Below, piece after piece: positions 54,228 to 63,990 of a stretch of DNA of 64,000 nt. The position numbers and the translations under genes were made by a program. This DNA comes from a virus. Every line of letters begins with the position of its first letter. The first letter of the stretch is position 1. The stretch lies in the IMG/VR virus record IMGVR_UViG_3300045988_149624. One strand, 5' to 3'. The notes below the pieces were generated by a model, which was not told the DNA's origin, did not search any database, and was given only the letters and a program-made list of their open reading frames with translations.

Positions 54228-57200
54228 TTATGCTACTTCAAAATCTGTAATATAATAATCAACAATATTGTTTTTCTTTCTTTTCTTAGGGATAAACCCA
54301 TATAAATATAACACCTCTCCCATTACAAATGGGCATTGGTTATATAATTGCTTATCCATTTTAAATATTTTTGCATTTCCACTATAGAAACAAAACAATT
54401 CAACTTCAATATTATATTTAAAGATTTTTAAATCAGATATAAAACAAGCATTTTTATCCATTTGTTTATAAGCTACTTTGTTAAATCCACCTGTATATTC
54501 TATTTCGTTTTTTATTAATTCTATAACATCATCTTCTACATCTTCTAAAGATAATTCTACATCTCTTATGAATGAATGATAGTCCATATTTAAGACTTTG
54601 GCAGTCTCTTTAGTTGCATTTCTTTCTGCTAATTCCTTATAAGTCATATATAATTCAATATCTTTAGTTTTAGACATTGTTTTTTTATTACCTTTATCTT
54701 TATATAATTCAAATACTTTAAGAAGTTTGCTTATACAACCAAATTCAGAAAAATATCCTAATTTAATTAAAATTTCAAGACATCTATTACCTATTTCTTT
54801 AGTATCAAATAATACATCTGTAAAGGTTTCGTATTTTTTACTTTGACTTAATTCATATAATATATTAGCTTTTTGTCCATTTAGATATTTAATAGAGCCG
54901 ACACCTTTATATATTGTATTAGTTTCTTTATTGAAGAAATATTCTGCTTTAGAATACCCAAATTTAGGAGATTGTAATTTAATACCAAGTAACTTTGCTA
55001 ATTTTTCTCCATTAACAAAGTCTTCATTATTGGCTGCATTATTTAAGTAGGCACAAGTAAACTCTAGTGGATAATAATATCTTAAATAAGCACAGTAATA
55101 TCCTATCATAGAATACCCTGTAGCATGATTTTTACCAAATTGATAGTTGGCTGAATCTTCTATTATTTGTAAAAATTCTTGTGCTTCTTTTTCAGCTACA
55201 TCTCTTGGTTTATTTGATTTAGAACAATATCCTTCTAATATTTGTGGCATAGCTTTTTCTAGTCTATCTCTTTGTTTTCTTCCTATCGCCCTTCTTATAT
55301 TATCTGCATCTGACCCACTTAAACCACATATATCTTGAAGAAACGCTATGGTGTCTTCTTGAAAAACAAGATATCCATTATTTTGTTTTAATAAATTATC
55401 TATGATTTCAGATGGGTTTTTGTTAGGAATTCCTGCAATTAAATTATCTCTATAACTTTCACCACTAGGACGAAGACTTGCATTAACTAGATTCATGTCA
55501 TTTATTCTATGAGGATTAAATTGTCTTAATAATTTATTAGCATAATCACTTTCAAATTGAAATATACCATAGGGATATTTAACCATGTCTTCCCATACAT
55601 TATCATCATTAAAATCTATATTATATGACTTAGGATATGGAATATTTGCATATTCACAGCAATCTTTTATTATTCCAATATTTTTTAATCCTAAAATATC
55701 ATATTTTACTAAAGATACTTCATGAACTTCTTCCATGTCAATTTGTAATATCTTCATTCCGTCCTTCCAAAACGTACCATAATTATCTGTCAAGGTTACT
55801 GGACTTGCTACAATACCCGCAGGATGAACTGATTGAGATACAACTGAATTTAAAATTCCATCAAAGTAATAAAATAACTCACTATATTTCAACCTTGTTT
55901 CTTCGGGATTTTCTTCATATTCTTCTTTTATTATCTTTACTTGGTCTAAAGAATATGGAGATTCTAAACCCTTGTCTTTATATTTTTTATCTAAGGCTCT
56001 GCCTATATCATCTATTGTCCCTTTATCTGATACAGTTCCTATAGATAATATATATGCCGTTTTCTCTTGTCCAAATCTGTTAATTATATAATTATAAACA
56101 AGCTCCCTTTGATCAGGTGAGAAATCTACATCTATATCCCCAATTTCTAACCTATCTTCATTTGCAAATCTTGAGAATATAGTTCCCCATCTAATTGGGT
56201 CAACATCTGTAATACCTATTATATAAGCTAATGTACTTCCTCCGACCGACCCTCTGCAAGGGCAAGTCGGGATATTATTTTTTTCACACCACTCCATCAT
56301 TTCGCTCATAAACAACATAAATGATATCATATTAAGTTTTTTAAATACTCTTAATTCTTCTTTTAAATTTTCCTTATACTTTTCATTGTTTCCATCAATT
56401 ATTCCTCTATCTACTTTATCTTTATACATTTTTTCAATTCTATCTATCAAAGTTTTTTCATCATCTTTACTAAGTATAGGATATTTAAAAGATGTATCTA
56501 GCTTAATTTCTTCACACATATCTGCTATTTTATTAGTATTTTCTATCGCTTCTAATACTACATCCATAGGTAAACAATTTTGTTCTTTAAACATTTTTAC
56601 TAATTCTTCATAGCTTTTAAATGTTAAATCAAAAGTGTCTTCATTAGAAAATGTTATATTTTTAGATAATTGTCTAATATATCTGCATTCAGCTTTATAT
56701 TCATTTATACTATGTGTATCTGTTCCTACTATAAGAGGCTTGTTGTATTTTTTTGATAATTTATATAGTTTTCTATTAAATTCTTTTTGTTCTTCACAAT
56801 TATGATATTGTATTTCAAAAAAGTCATAATGTTTTGCTAACTTATCATAATATGGGTTACCTTCGTCAAGTTTCTGTAAAGGACTCGCCAAACAGGCTGA
56901 TGTTTTTATTATATTATCAGATATATTTAAAAATTCATCAAATGAGATTCTATTTTTATAATATACATGAGAAGGATGAGTTGATAAGTCTAATAAAGTA
57001 TGCAATTCTTTTAATCCTTCTTGATTTTTTGCTAATAATACAGTGTGGTAATTATCTCTTATTTTTTCATCTAGCGTTTCAGTTAAATATACTTCGCACC
57101 CATGAATATATTTAATTCCTTTTTCTTTACAATATAAAAACCTTTCTATCCATTTATAAACATTTCCGTGATTAGTACAAGCAATAGCCTTCATATTATA

Positions 57201-57293
57201 TTCAACTGCCTTATCAACATATTCTTTAAAGTCTGTTACGCTATCTAATAAAGATAATTGGTCGTGTATATGATATGGAACATAATTATTCAT
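54228..57293 (-). CDS. dnaE: DNA polymerase III alpha subunit (DnaE-type, PHP domain)
   Basis: PHP motifs are YVPYHIHDQLSLLDS, CTNHGNVY and GTDTHS. The palm motif is IGDIDVDFSPDQRELV. At 1021 aa it has a size typical of phage-encoded DnaE. Confidence 0.85.
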   Translation of the reverse strand: MNNYVPYHIHDQLSLLDSVTDFKEYVDKAVEYNMKAIACTNHGNVYKWIERFLYCKEKGIKYIHGCEVYLTETLDEKIRDNYHTVLLAKNQEGLKELHTLLDLSTHPSHVYYKNRISFDEFLNISDNIIKTSACLASPLQKLDEGNPYYDKLAKHYDFFEIQYHNCEEQKEFNRKLYKLSKKYNKPLIVGTDTHSINEYKAECRYIRQLSKNITFSNEDTFDLTFKSYEELVKMFKEQNCLPMDVVLEAIENTNKIADMCEEIKLDTSFKYPILSKDDEKTLIDRIEKMYKDKVDRGIIDGNNEKYKENLKEELRVFKKLNMISFMLFMSEMMEWCEKNNIPTCPCRGSVGGSTLAYIIGITDVDPIRWGTIFSRFANEDRLEIGDIDVDFSPDQRELVYNYIINRFGQEKTAYILSIGTVSDKGTIDDIGRALDKKYKDKGLESPYSLDQVKIIKEEYEENPEETRLKYSELFYYFDGILNSVVSQSVHPAGIVASPVTLTDNYGTFWKDGMKILQIDMEEVHEVSLVKYDILGLKNIGIIKDCCEYANIPYPKSYNIDFNDDNVWEDMVKYPYGIFQFESDYANKLLRQFNPHRINDMNLVNASLRPSGESYRDNLIAGIPNKNPSEIIDNLLKQNNGYLVFQEDTIAFLQDICGLSGSDADNIRRAIGRKQRDRLEKAMPQILEGYCSKSNKPRDVAEKEAQEFLQIIEDSANYQFGKNHATGYSMIGYYCAYLRYYYPLEFTCAYLNNAANNEDFVNGEKLAKLLGIKLQSPKFGYSKAEYFFNKETNTIYKGVGSIKYLNGQKANILYELSQSKKYETFTDVLFDTKEIGNRCLEILIKLGYFSEFGCISKLLKVFELYKDKGNKKTMSKTKDIELYMTYKELAERNATKETAKVLNMDYHSFIRDVELSLEDVEDDVIELIKNEIEYTGGFNKVAYKQMDKNACFISDLKIFKYNIEVELFCFYSGNAKIFKMDKQLYNQCPFVMGEVLYLYGFIPKKRKKNNIVDYYITDFEVA

Positions 57294-57308
57294 GTAACCA
57301 CTCCTATC

Positions 57309-57902
57309 TTATTTCTCTAATGCTTTTATCTCTGTTCCTAAAGACATTAAAAGTTGCATTGTTTTTATTAAATCATCTGCTTCTTCAAAACTATAAATTC
57401 TTCTTTCATCTTGAATCCCTTTATTATGTTGTGCCGTCATTAATAAATCCATTCCATATGGGTTATGTAAACTCCATTTTTCGAGATTGTCTAAATTATC
57501 ATCAATTAAAACATCTCCACTTATAACATATTTTTCTTTGCAAGGTATAAAATGAGATAAATCAAATTTTGGAATATAAGTTTTTAACCATTTAAGCTTA
57601 TCTCTGTAGGACTGATAACGATTACAACAATCTGATACTATAAATACATCATATCCCTCATCAATCCATTTATTTATATACTCTATACTATCTAACTTGG
57701 GGGTAATCATAGTTAAAATATTTGTTAATTCAAGTACTGAAAATAATCCATATTCAAAACTACTAGGTATAACCCATTCAGTAACTTCATCTATTGAATG
57801 ACTTGTTCCGTATGTTTTATTATATTCATTAATGACTTCTTCTAAGAAATTAGTTATTGTATCATCCATATCAATTAAAATTCTAAATTTTTTATTTTCC
57901 AT
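57309..57902 (-). CDS. HAD-family 5'(3')-deoxyribonucleotidase-like protein
   Basis: Contains the DxDxT motif ILIDMDDTITNF and a later LIDDN motif. Its size fits the NT5C family. Confidence 0.65.
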   Translation of the reverse strand: MENKKFRILIDMDDTITNFLEEVINEYNKTYGTSHSIDEVTEWVIPSSFEYGLFSVLELTNILTMITPKLDSIEYINKWIDEGYDVFIVSDCCNRYQSYRDKLKWLKTYIPKFDLSHFIPCKEKYVISGDVLIDDNLDNLEKWSLHNPYGMDLLMTAQHNKGIQDERRIYSFEEADDLIKTMQLLMSLGTEIKALEK

Positions 57903-57933
57903 ATTTTTTCTCCTCTCCTGTTTCTATATTTAT

Positions 57934-57962
57934 ATTATACCATATTATAACAATGTTGTCAA
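57934..57962 (-). promoter_or_regulatory. early promoter module copy
   Basis: TTGACA (57962-57957), a 17-nt spacer, then TATAAT (57939-57934) with TGG upstream. Confidence 0.75.
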
Positions 57963-57967
57963 GTACT

Positions 57968-59662
57968 TTATTTAATTTTTTCCCAATCTTTAATAATAAT
58001 TTTTCTTCCAAATTTATATCTAAATTCTACTAAAGCATCTAAAGTAACATAATCATTATCTTGTTTTTCTTCTACTAATTCCTCAAATGCTTTTTTGCTA
58101 CAGAAATATTTAGTTATTTTTATATCTTTATTTTCAAACTCATAAGTACTATTACCTATCTTTTTAATATCTCCTACTTTAAACATAGCATTTTTAATTA
58201 GGTATAGAGGTGGCTTAATATCATGACTCCATAAGTTTTCATAACTAACTATCTTTTTAACATCATCTTTAGGAACAAATTCATCATAAATTTTTTCCAC
58301 ATTGATACTTTTTTCTTTTATGGTAATATTGTCATTAACATATTTTAAAAATTCTTCTACTTTTCCTTCCTCAATACTAAAACCAAAACTATTATCATGA
58401 CCTTTTGTATATTCAAATAATCCTGTTCTTTCACATATATCCTTGAAATCCATTTCTCCATATCCTCTAGCACTACCACTTATAAATCCATTCTTATCAA
58501 TACTTCCAAGCAATATAGGTCTTTCATAATAATCTAATAATTGATTACAGGTTAATCCTCTTAAAGATTTATCTATCTTTTTCTCTCTGTCTATATATAT
58601 GATAACAGTGTTATTTTGAGAACCTTCTTCCTCAATTTCTTTTTTAATCATTTCTGCTATTTTAACTTTTCCTTCTTTTTGTTTCTTTTGAAGGTTAGCA
58701 CCAATTAATCTAGCTTTAGAGGGATAAGATATTGCCTTCCCTCTATGTGCTATTAAATCATTAACACCTATTAAGGCGTTAAACAGATTTTCTTTATCTT
58801 CTTTTTTTCCTATTCTAATAGTAGCATTTATAATGGGAGCTATAGAAAACCCAAAATCTTCAATAGAAAACCTATCTTTTTTACTTTTCTTCATGCTTCT
58901 AGCCATTTCTGTTAAAAAAGGATTGGTTATATTATCTATTTTAGAACCAATATTTAAATAATATCTATTCTCATAAGAATATTTCATATCGCACATATCA
59001 GATATTAATGAAGCCGCTACCAAATCTAAATATTTATTTCCTATTGCCCCTTCACAACATTCTACGAGTTCCTTGCAGAATTTATAACTAACTCCACAAC
59101 CACTTAAATAAATATTTTCAACACTTCCATCTTGATTGTTAATAAGTGCTACGTTTTCTTCTATCTCTTTTAGCTCTTCCCCTATTTCTATAATATGGTG
59201 GTCTAAGATTAATACTTTGATACCTTTATCCGTAACCTGTTTTAAAGGTTCAAACTCAACACTTCCGCCATCAGGAATTATTAACAATTTAATATCATTT
59301 TCAATTAAAGTATCTAAATTTTTAAGTTGAAAGCCATGCTCTCTTCCTTCGTTTAAAATAAATGTTACGTTTTCATATTCAAAGTCATCATATATAACCT
59401 GATATACTAATGAACCCGAGAAATAACCGTCAGCATCCGAATCTACTTGTATTGATATATTTTCATCATTAGCCATAGCATTTAATAAGAAGTCAATACC
59501 TTTGTTTAAATTCTTATAATGCTCTACACTCTCTTCAAATTCTCCACTCGCTAAAAGTAAACTAAGGGCTTCTTTTTTAGTTAAATCTCTTATTTCTAAC
59601 ATATTCTTTTCTACATCTTCTGAAAAACTGTTTAAAAATACCTTATTTCTTATATTTTTCAT
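57968..59662 (-). CDS. DHH/DHHA1 phosphoesterase (RecJ-like exonuclease)
   Basis: Motifs are VDSDADGYFSG, IIPDGGS, LILDHHI, and DHHA1-like GHDNSFGFSI. Confidence 0.75.
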   Translation of the reverse strand: MKNIRNKVFLNSFSEDVEKNMLEIRDLTKKEALSLLLASGEFEESVEHYKNLNKGIDFLLNAMANDENISIQVDSDADGYFSGSLVYQVIYDDFEYENVTFILNEGREHGFQLKNLDTLIENDIKLLIIPDGGSVEFEPLKQVTDKGIKVLILDHHIIEIGEELKEIEENVALINNQDGSVENIYLSGCGVSYKFCKELVECCEGAIGNKYLDLVAASLISDMCDMKYSYENRYYLNIGSKIDNITNPFLTEMARSMKKSKKDRFSIEDFGFSIAPIINATIRIGKKEDKENLFNALIGVNDLIAHRGKAISYPSKARLIGANLQKKQKEGKVKIAEMIKKEIEEEGSQNNTVIIYIDREKKIDKSLRGLTCNQLLDYYERPILLGSIDKNGFISGSARGYGEMDFKDICERTGLFEYTKGHDNSFGFSIEEGKVEEFLKYVNDNITIKEKSINVEKIYDEFVPKDDVKKIVSYENLWSHDIKPPLYLIKNAMFKVGDIKKIGNSTYEFENKDIKITKYFCSKKAFEELVEEKQDNDYVTLDALVEFRYKFGRKIIIKDWEKIK

Positions 59663-59666
59663 TTAA

Positions 59667-59942
59667 TCACTCTCCATAATTTATCCCACGATGTTTTTTT
59701 CTTAAATGATTTGCCCAACAAACATAACAAGATGCAACTTCTTCTTCATTTATTTCACACTCACATTCGGGGTTTTCTCCATTAAATTTATATGCAGATA
59801 TACAATAGCAACTATCTGCTATTAGTAAATATAATAAATCATCTAATTCATAAATTTTATGTTTATAATGACTAATTATTACCTTAAAGTATTCATTTTC
59901 TTCCATTAATTGTCTGACATTTTTATCAATTATATTTTTCAT
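59667..59942 (-). CDS. 91-aa Cys-rich hypothetical protein
   Basis: RBS AGGAGTGA is present. Cys-rich stretches are CYCISAYKFNGENPECECE and SCYVCWANH. Confidence 0.5.
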   Translation of the reverse strand: MKNIIDKNVRQLMEENEYFKVIISHYKHKIYELDDLLYLLIADSCYCISAYKFNGENPECECEINEEEVASCYVCWANHLRKKHRGINYGE

Positions 59943-59965
59943 TTAATCACTCCTAAAATAGTTTT

Positions 59966-60205
59966 TTATTTCTTCTTTAAACTTATTTCTAAATCTCTAT
60001 TTTTATAATGGTTTAAAATATTTCTCTTTTCTAACAACTCTTCTATAGAACTATAATAAGATGTTGTAGTCTGACCTTCCATATTTATTAAATAATAGTG
60101 ATTATTACTATTATTTTTTATTATCATTCTAAATCCAAATCCACTAATTTCTAATAAATCTCCAACCTCATAAGGTTCTCTTTTACTATTTATATTAACT
60201 TCCAT
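59966..60205 (-). CDS. 79-aa hypothetical protein
   Basis: RBS CAGGAGG is present. Confidence 0.5.
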   Translation of the reverse strand: MEVNINSKREPYEVGDLLEISGFGFRMIIKNNSNNHYYLINMEGQTTTSYYSSIEELLEKRNILNHYKNRDLEISLKKK

Positions 60206-60207
60206 AT

Positions 60208-60804
60208 TTATACCTCCTGTTTAGGCGAAACATTATAATTATCTAATACCCACGCCAATATACAAGATAAACTTCCATAGTAACCACATTCAGTCGCACA
60301 TCTTTTACCCTTACAGTATTCTGCAAATTGGTTCTCTATATCTTCTATGTTTTCGTTTTTTACTTTTTTATTTTCTACTAATTTAGCATATTTCCAAGAG
60401 ACTAAAATAGGATTATTTGAACGAGAAGTACTCCAAGAAGTCATTCCATTTGAAAAGGTTGTAACTTCTCCATTTATGAATCCAGCAAAGTATCTTCTAT
60501 TCCATTCTCCATTTTCGCCATTCTTTACTAAAACTTTTGTATCGACTGGTATTTTACTCCAATCTATTTCTTCTCTTTTCCATATTAATTTATTATCACA
60601 ATCATATATCTCCATAATATCCCATTTTTTATTGCTACTCCATTTAAAATCTTCATCATAATATTCTAACTCTTGATATAATTCTCTATGGTAACGTAAT
60701 GTAATTATATCTGCTTTAACAAATACTTTATCATTTATTATATAAAATATTTCATCATCCCTGTTTTTATAACTCATACCATTTTTTAAATCTTCAAGTC
60801 TCAT
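60208..60804 (-). CDS. 198-aa hypothetical protein with C-terminal Cys-rich module
   Basis: RBS TGGAGG is present. The C-terminus is EYCKGKRCATECGYYGSLSCILAWVLDN. Confidence 0.55.
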   Translation of the reverse strand: MRLEDLKNGMSYKNRDDEIFYIINDKVFVKADIITLRYHRELYQELEYYDEDFKWSSNKKWDIMEIYDCDNKLIWKREEIDWSKIPVDTKVLVKNGENGEWNRRYFAGFINGEVTTFSNGMTSWSTSRSNNPILVSWKYAKLVENKKVKNENIEDIENQFAEYCKGKRCATECGYYGSLSCILAWVLDNYNVSPKQEV

Positions 60805-60861
60805 ATTTATACCTCCATTCCATTCTTATTTATATGATTTAATTTATTTTTATTCATATTA

Positions 60862-61317
60862 TCATTCTCCTTTTATATCATCTATATGGATTATGTGTAT
60901 ATTTGTGGGATTTTCTATACTTATATATCTAGCGTAACCATAATACCATTCTGTATCAAAATCATATAATTCTATATTTTCTCCATCTTTAAAATCCAAT
61001 ATAGTATAAATTCTATTTTCATTTCTTTTATATTTTCCGATAACAGGAAATTCATCTTTAATATACATTTTTCTCTCTTTAGGCTTGTACTCTAAAGCCT
61101 TTTCCCAACATTTTTTACAATCTGAATCACAATAATCATCTTTACTTATAATAGGACAATTATTCCCTACATTCTCTATAAGTTTTTTAAAAGATATTTT
61201 ACCTTCAAAATAAAGTTTTAAATTTATATATTGATTAATTACATCAGATATATATTCTAAATCATCTTTAACCGTAAAAACTATGTTTTCATATTCCTCT
61301 AATAAAATTTTATTCAT
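60862..61317 (-). CDS. 151-aa hypothetical protein with internal Cys-rich module
   Basis: The start overlaps the primase stop. Contains NCPIISKDDYCDSDCKKCWEKALEY. Confidence 0.55.
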   Translation of the reverse strand: MNKILLEEYENIVFTVKDDLEYISDVINQYINLKLYFEGKISFKKLIENVGNNCPIISKDDYCDSDCKKCWEKALEYKPKERKMYIKDEFPVIGKYKRNENRIYTILDFKDGENIELYDFDTEWYYGYARYISIENPTNIHIIHIDDIKGE

Positions 61318-62387
61318 ATTACTACCTCAAAGTCCTTAAAATCTATTCTATCATTAAACAATTCTAAATATATTTCTTTACCTTTATCGGTAGGAGAATC
61401 TTTATAGTCTAATAATCCATTCTCTAAAGAATCCCATATAACCGATACTTTTACACTAGGGGGAATTCTATAAGCTAATTTCATTATTTTAGCTCTCCAC
61501 TGCAACTCTTCTTGTTTATTCTCATATTGCTTATCGAATGCAAATACTATTTCTTCAACTCCTAAAGATATAAGCATTTTAATTTGTTCATAACTTAAAT
61601 TAGAACCACATACTGCAACAGAATTATTATCTTTAAGATAACTATTAAGTTGCATAGTCCCCTTTTCTCCTTCGAAAAGTACTGCCACTTTCATTTTTTT
61701 TATTGATTCTTTATTCTGCCAATAACCATACAAATTATACTTCAAGCTATGAGAATACATTTGTCCTTTAAAATAAAATGGAACGTATTTACCAAATTTT
61801 TCTGCAACTTCTTTATCTAAATTCCTAACTCTTACCCCTACAATTTCTCCTGTGTCCCAAGCAAAATGAGGAATAATAATTTTTTCTCCTATTTCGTCAT
61901 ACCTTATATCATATTTTTTTAATGTTCTGAAAGTTATTCCTTCATCCTCCCACATAGGCAATCTTTTAATAGGAAATCTTCTATAAGCAAACGGCTTCTT
62001 TTGTTTAGGTAAGGACGGAACTTCAAGTTTATCTATATCTATTTCTCTTCTTTGTGGTCGATTTCTTGATTTTCTACCAACTCCATGTCTGTGATACTTA
62101 CCATTAACACCAAAGTAAGAATTTATTATATTCATAGCCTCTTTAAAGTCGCATTCTTTAATTTTCATAGTTAAATCAGCTAAACTATTAATTGCACCAC
62201 AGTGAGAGAAGCAATAAAAATTATGAGTATCTTCGTTATAATATAATTTAGGGGAAGTGCTACCATGACAAAATGATTCAAATATAGCGTTATTATTATA
62301 ACCTTCACGAGTTACACATTTACCTTGAAGAATTTCCTCCACAAAATTTATTACTTGGTCTTTATTTAAATCTTGTAAGATACTCAT
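61314..62387 (-). CDS. dnaG: DNA primase (zinc-finger + Toprim)
   Basis: The CHC2-like finger is FCHGSTSPKLYYNEDTHNFYCFSHCGA. The Toprim Glu lies in VLFEGEKGTMQL, and the DxD-like motif is FAFDKQYEN. Confidence 0.7.
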   Translation of the reverse strand: MSILQDLNKDQVINFVEEILQGKCVTREGYNNNAIFESFCHGSTSPKLYYNEDTHNFYCFSHCGAINSLADLTMKIKECDFKEAMNIINSYFGVNGKYHRHGVGRKSRNRPQRREIDIDKLEVPSLPKQKKPFAYRRFPIKRLPMWEDEGITFRTLKKYDIRYDEIGEKIIIPHFAWDTGEIVGVRVRNLDKEVAEKFGKYVPFYFKGQMYSHSLKYNLYGYWQNKESIKKMKVAVLFEGEKGTMQLNSYLKDNNSVAVCGSNLSYEQIKMLISLGVEEIVFAFDKQYENKQEELQWRAKIMKLAYRIPPSVKVSVIWDSLENGLLDYKDSPTDKGKEIYLELFNDRIDFKDFEVVI

Positions 62388-62401
62388 AACTTTCTCCTTT
62401 C

Positions 62402-62611
62402 TTATACTATTTCTTCAACCAATCTTTTGAGTTCATTAAAATTTTTTTCTATACAGTCTATATCCATTTGTATAATACATTCTTCATTTATCTCGTTTAA
62501 GCAATAATCACAAGAGTAGAATACTCTCATATAACAATTTTCAATGTCTACAAGTTTAATAGTTTCTTTTTTTAACTTCTCAAGATTGTCTAATATTTCA
62601 TTTTTATTCAT
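62402..62611 (-). CDS. 69-aa hypothetical protein
   Basis: RBS TGGAGGG is present. Contains the Cys-rich stretch SCDYCLNEINEECIIQMDIDC. Confidence 0.5.
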   Translation of the reverse strand: MNKNEILDNLEKLKKETIKLVDIENCYMRVFYSCDYCLNEINEECIIQMDIDCIEKNFNELKRLVEEIV

Positions 62612-62625
62612 ATTATCCCTCCATT

Positions 62626-62709
62626 TTAAGAATCACCTTTAAAAATGATTTTCTCAATTATAAATAATATTAAATAGACCACTAATAAAATGCATATTAA
62701 ACCTATCAC
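62626..62709 (-). CDS. possible 27-aa hydrophobic peptide (GTG start)
   Basis: (M)IGLICILLVVYLILFIIEKIIFKGDS is the first reading frame after the promoter at 62738. AAGGTGA lies 4 nt upstream of the GTG. It is very short, so coding is uncertain. Confidence 0.25.
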   Translation of the reverse strand: MIGLICILLVVYLILFIIEKIIFKGDS

Positions 62710-62737
62710 ATCATCACCTTTTCTTTATTATACTTAT

Positions 62738-62766
62738 ATTATATCACACTTTAATAATGTTGTCAA
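62738..62766 (-). promoter_or_regulatory. early promoter module copy
   Basis: TTGACA (62766-62761), a 17-nt spacer, then TATAAT (62743-62738) with TGA upstream. Confidence 0.75.
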
Positions 62767-62772
62767 GTACTT

Positions 62773-63990
62773 TTAGTAAAATAATCCTGTATAAACGTTA
62801 TCTACATATGCAACATCTTTAATTCTACCATAGTCTCCGTTGAATTCTTGCAAAATAATTATATTTGAATCACTGGCTTCCCTACACTTATCTAAGAAAG
62901 CCAATATATAATGTTTATTTTTATCTAGTGTAAGTTCATCATCAAAATCTCCTTCTAATCTTCTTCTAGTAGGAGCAGTTTTATCTACTATCTTAAAATA
63001 TTTTTTCTTAAAGTTGCCATTCCTATCTTTTCTCCAAACATACGGCTTTAAAAACATTCTATCATCTTCTTCGTCTAATTCTTTTGGATTTACTTTCCTA
63101 GTTAATAAAAGAAGTCCTGCAACATCTTTAACGTGTTTTGACCCTGCTAGTAAACTAGATGTTAAGAAACTTGCTTTGCCAGTCATAGAACCCATAAGTT
63201 GCATAGGTAATAATATTTTACAATTCATTTCTTTTCCAAATTTATCTAAGGCAACTGAATTAGCCATTAATTCTTTAACACTATCCTCTTGTGATTCGGC
63301 TTTAAACGTTTCTACAATTAATGTTGAGAAACCTTCTGCTAGAATTAACTTCTTAGCCTCTCTCATTATTTTATCAACAGAAAACTCACTAACACTATAA
63401 AATGCAATAGTATCTTTATATCTTTCTTTAATAAATTTATTGGCTTTTAAAAAAACTTTCTTTTCTTCATCGTTAAAATTAAAATGTTTAATCTTTGTTC
63501 TATTTAATGTGAAACAACCAAATACATATGCAGAAATATAAGATAATAACATTGTTCTAAAATATTTAATCTGTTGTTCATTACTTACTAGAATTACTTT
63601 TTCTCCATTCTCTACAAGGGACATAGCGATATTTGTTATAAGCGTAGTTTTTCCGACTCCACTAAAAGCTCCAAATATAGCTACACCATTTCCGCTACTT
63701 AATCCATCAGTACTTTTACTAAGAAGTGGAAAATTCTTATGATATTTAAACTCTCCATTTTCTGTCTCCCAAGTTAAAGTAGTATCATAATAAGTTGTGT
63801 CATCATCTACTTCTCCTTCTTCAATTTGCTCAAGTTCTTCATCAGAATAAAATAAATATTCTCTTATCATATCTGTTGCAACACTTCTTACATTTACACT
63901 TGATAACTGCATATCAAAGAAATCTAAAACTTGTTGACTGCTCATAGAAGTAAATTTATCGGCAGGTACAATTTTCTTATCTCCTACCAA
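62773..63990 (-). CDS. RecA-fold replicative helicase-like ATPase (DnaB/AAA_25 type)
   Basis: Walker A is GAFSGVGKTTLITNIA and the Walker-B-like strand is STLIVETFKAE. The TTG start at 63990 is preceded by AAGGAG. The frame stays open to the window edge, so the true start could lie beyond nt 64000. Confidence 0.6.
   Translation of the reverse strand: MVGDKKIVPADKFTSMSSQQVLDFFDMQLSSVNVRSVATDMIREYLFYSDEELEQIEEGEVDDDTTYYDTTLTWETENGEFKYHKNFPLLSKSTDGLSSGNGVAIFGAFSGVGKTTLITNIAMSLVENGEKVILVSNEQQIKYFRTMLLSYISAYVFGCFTLNRTKIKHFNFNDEEKKVFLKANKFIKERYKDTIAFYSVSEFSVDKIMREAKKLILAEGFSTLIVETFKAESQEDSVKELMANSVALDKFGKEMNCKILLPMQLMGSMTGKASFLTSSLLAGSKHVKDVAGLLLLTRKVNPKELDEEDDRMFLKPYVWRKDRNGNFKKKYFKIVDKTAPTRRRLEGDFDDELTLDKNKHYILAFLDKCREASDSNIIILQEFNGDYGRIKDVAYVDNVYTGLFY

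Noticed and set aside
44586-62766. The repeated ~45-bp modules on the minus strand considered as a possible CRISPR array or MITE-like repeat family.
   Set aside because: Spacing between copies is irregular, from about 0.3 to 6 kb, and whole genes lie between them. Each copy has -35, 17-nt and -10 geometry followed by an RBS, so they are promoters rather than CRISPR repeats or transposon ends.
43063-63400. Plus-strand ORFs inside the minus-strand early module: 43063-43311, 44376-44618, 44679-44873, 45088-45297, 45449-45670, 48092-48388, 48542-48760, 49404-49730, 52593-52928, 53232-53450, 53571-53777, 53781-54008, 55147-55338, 55637-56044, 56386-56613, 56834-57115, 57275-57526, 59136-59330, 60347-60661 and 63014-63400.
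   Set aside because: They are antisense to well-supported genes such as dut, nrdD, dnaE and the RecJ-like gene. They have no RBS and their composition is low-complexity. ORF 44376-44618 also runs across a minus-strand promoter and a better-supported small minus-strand gene.
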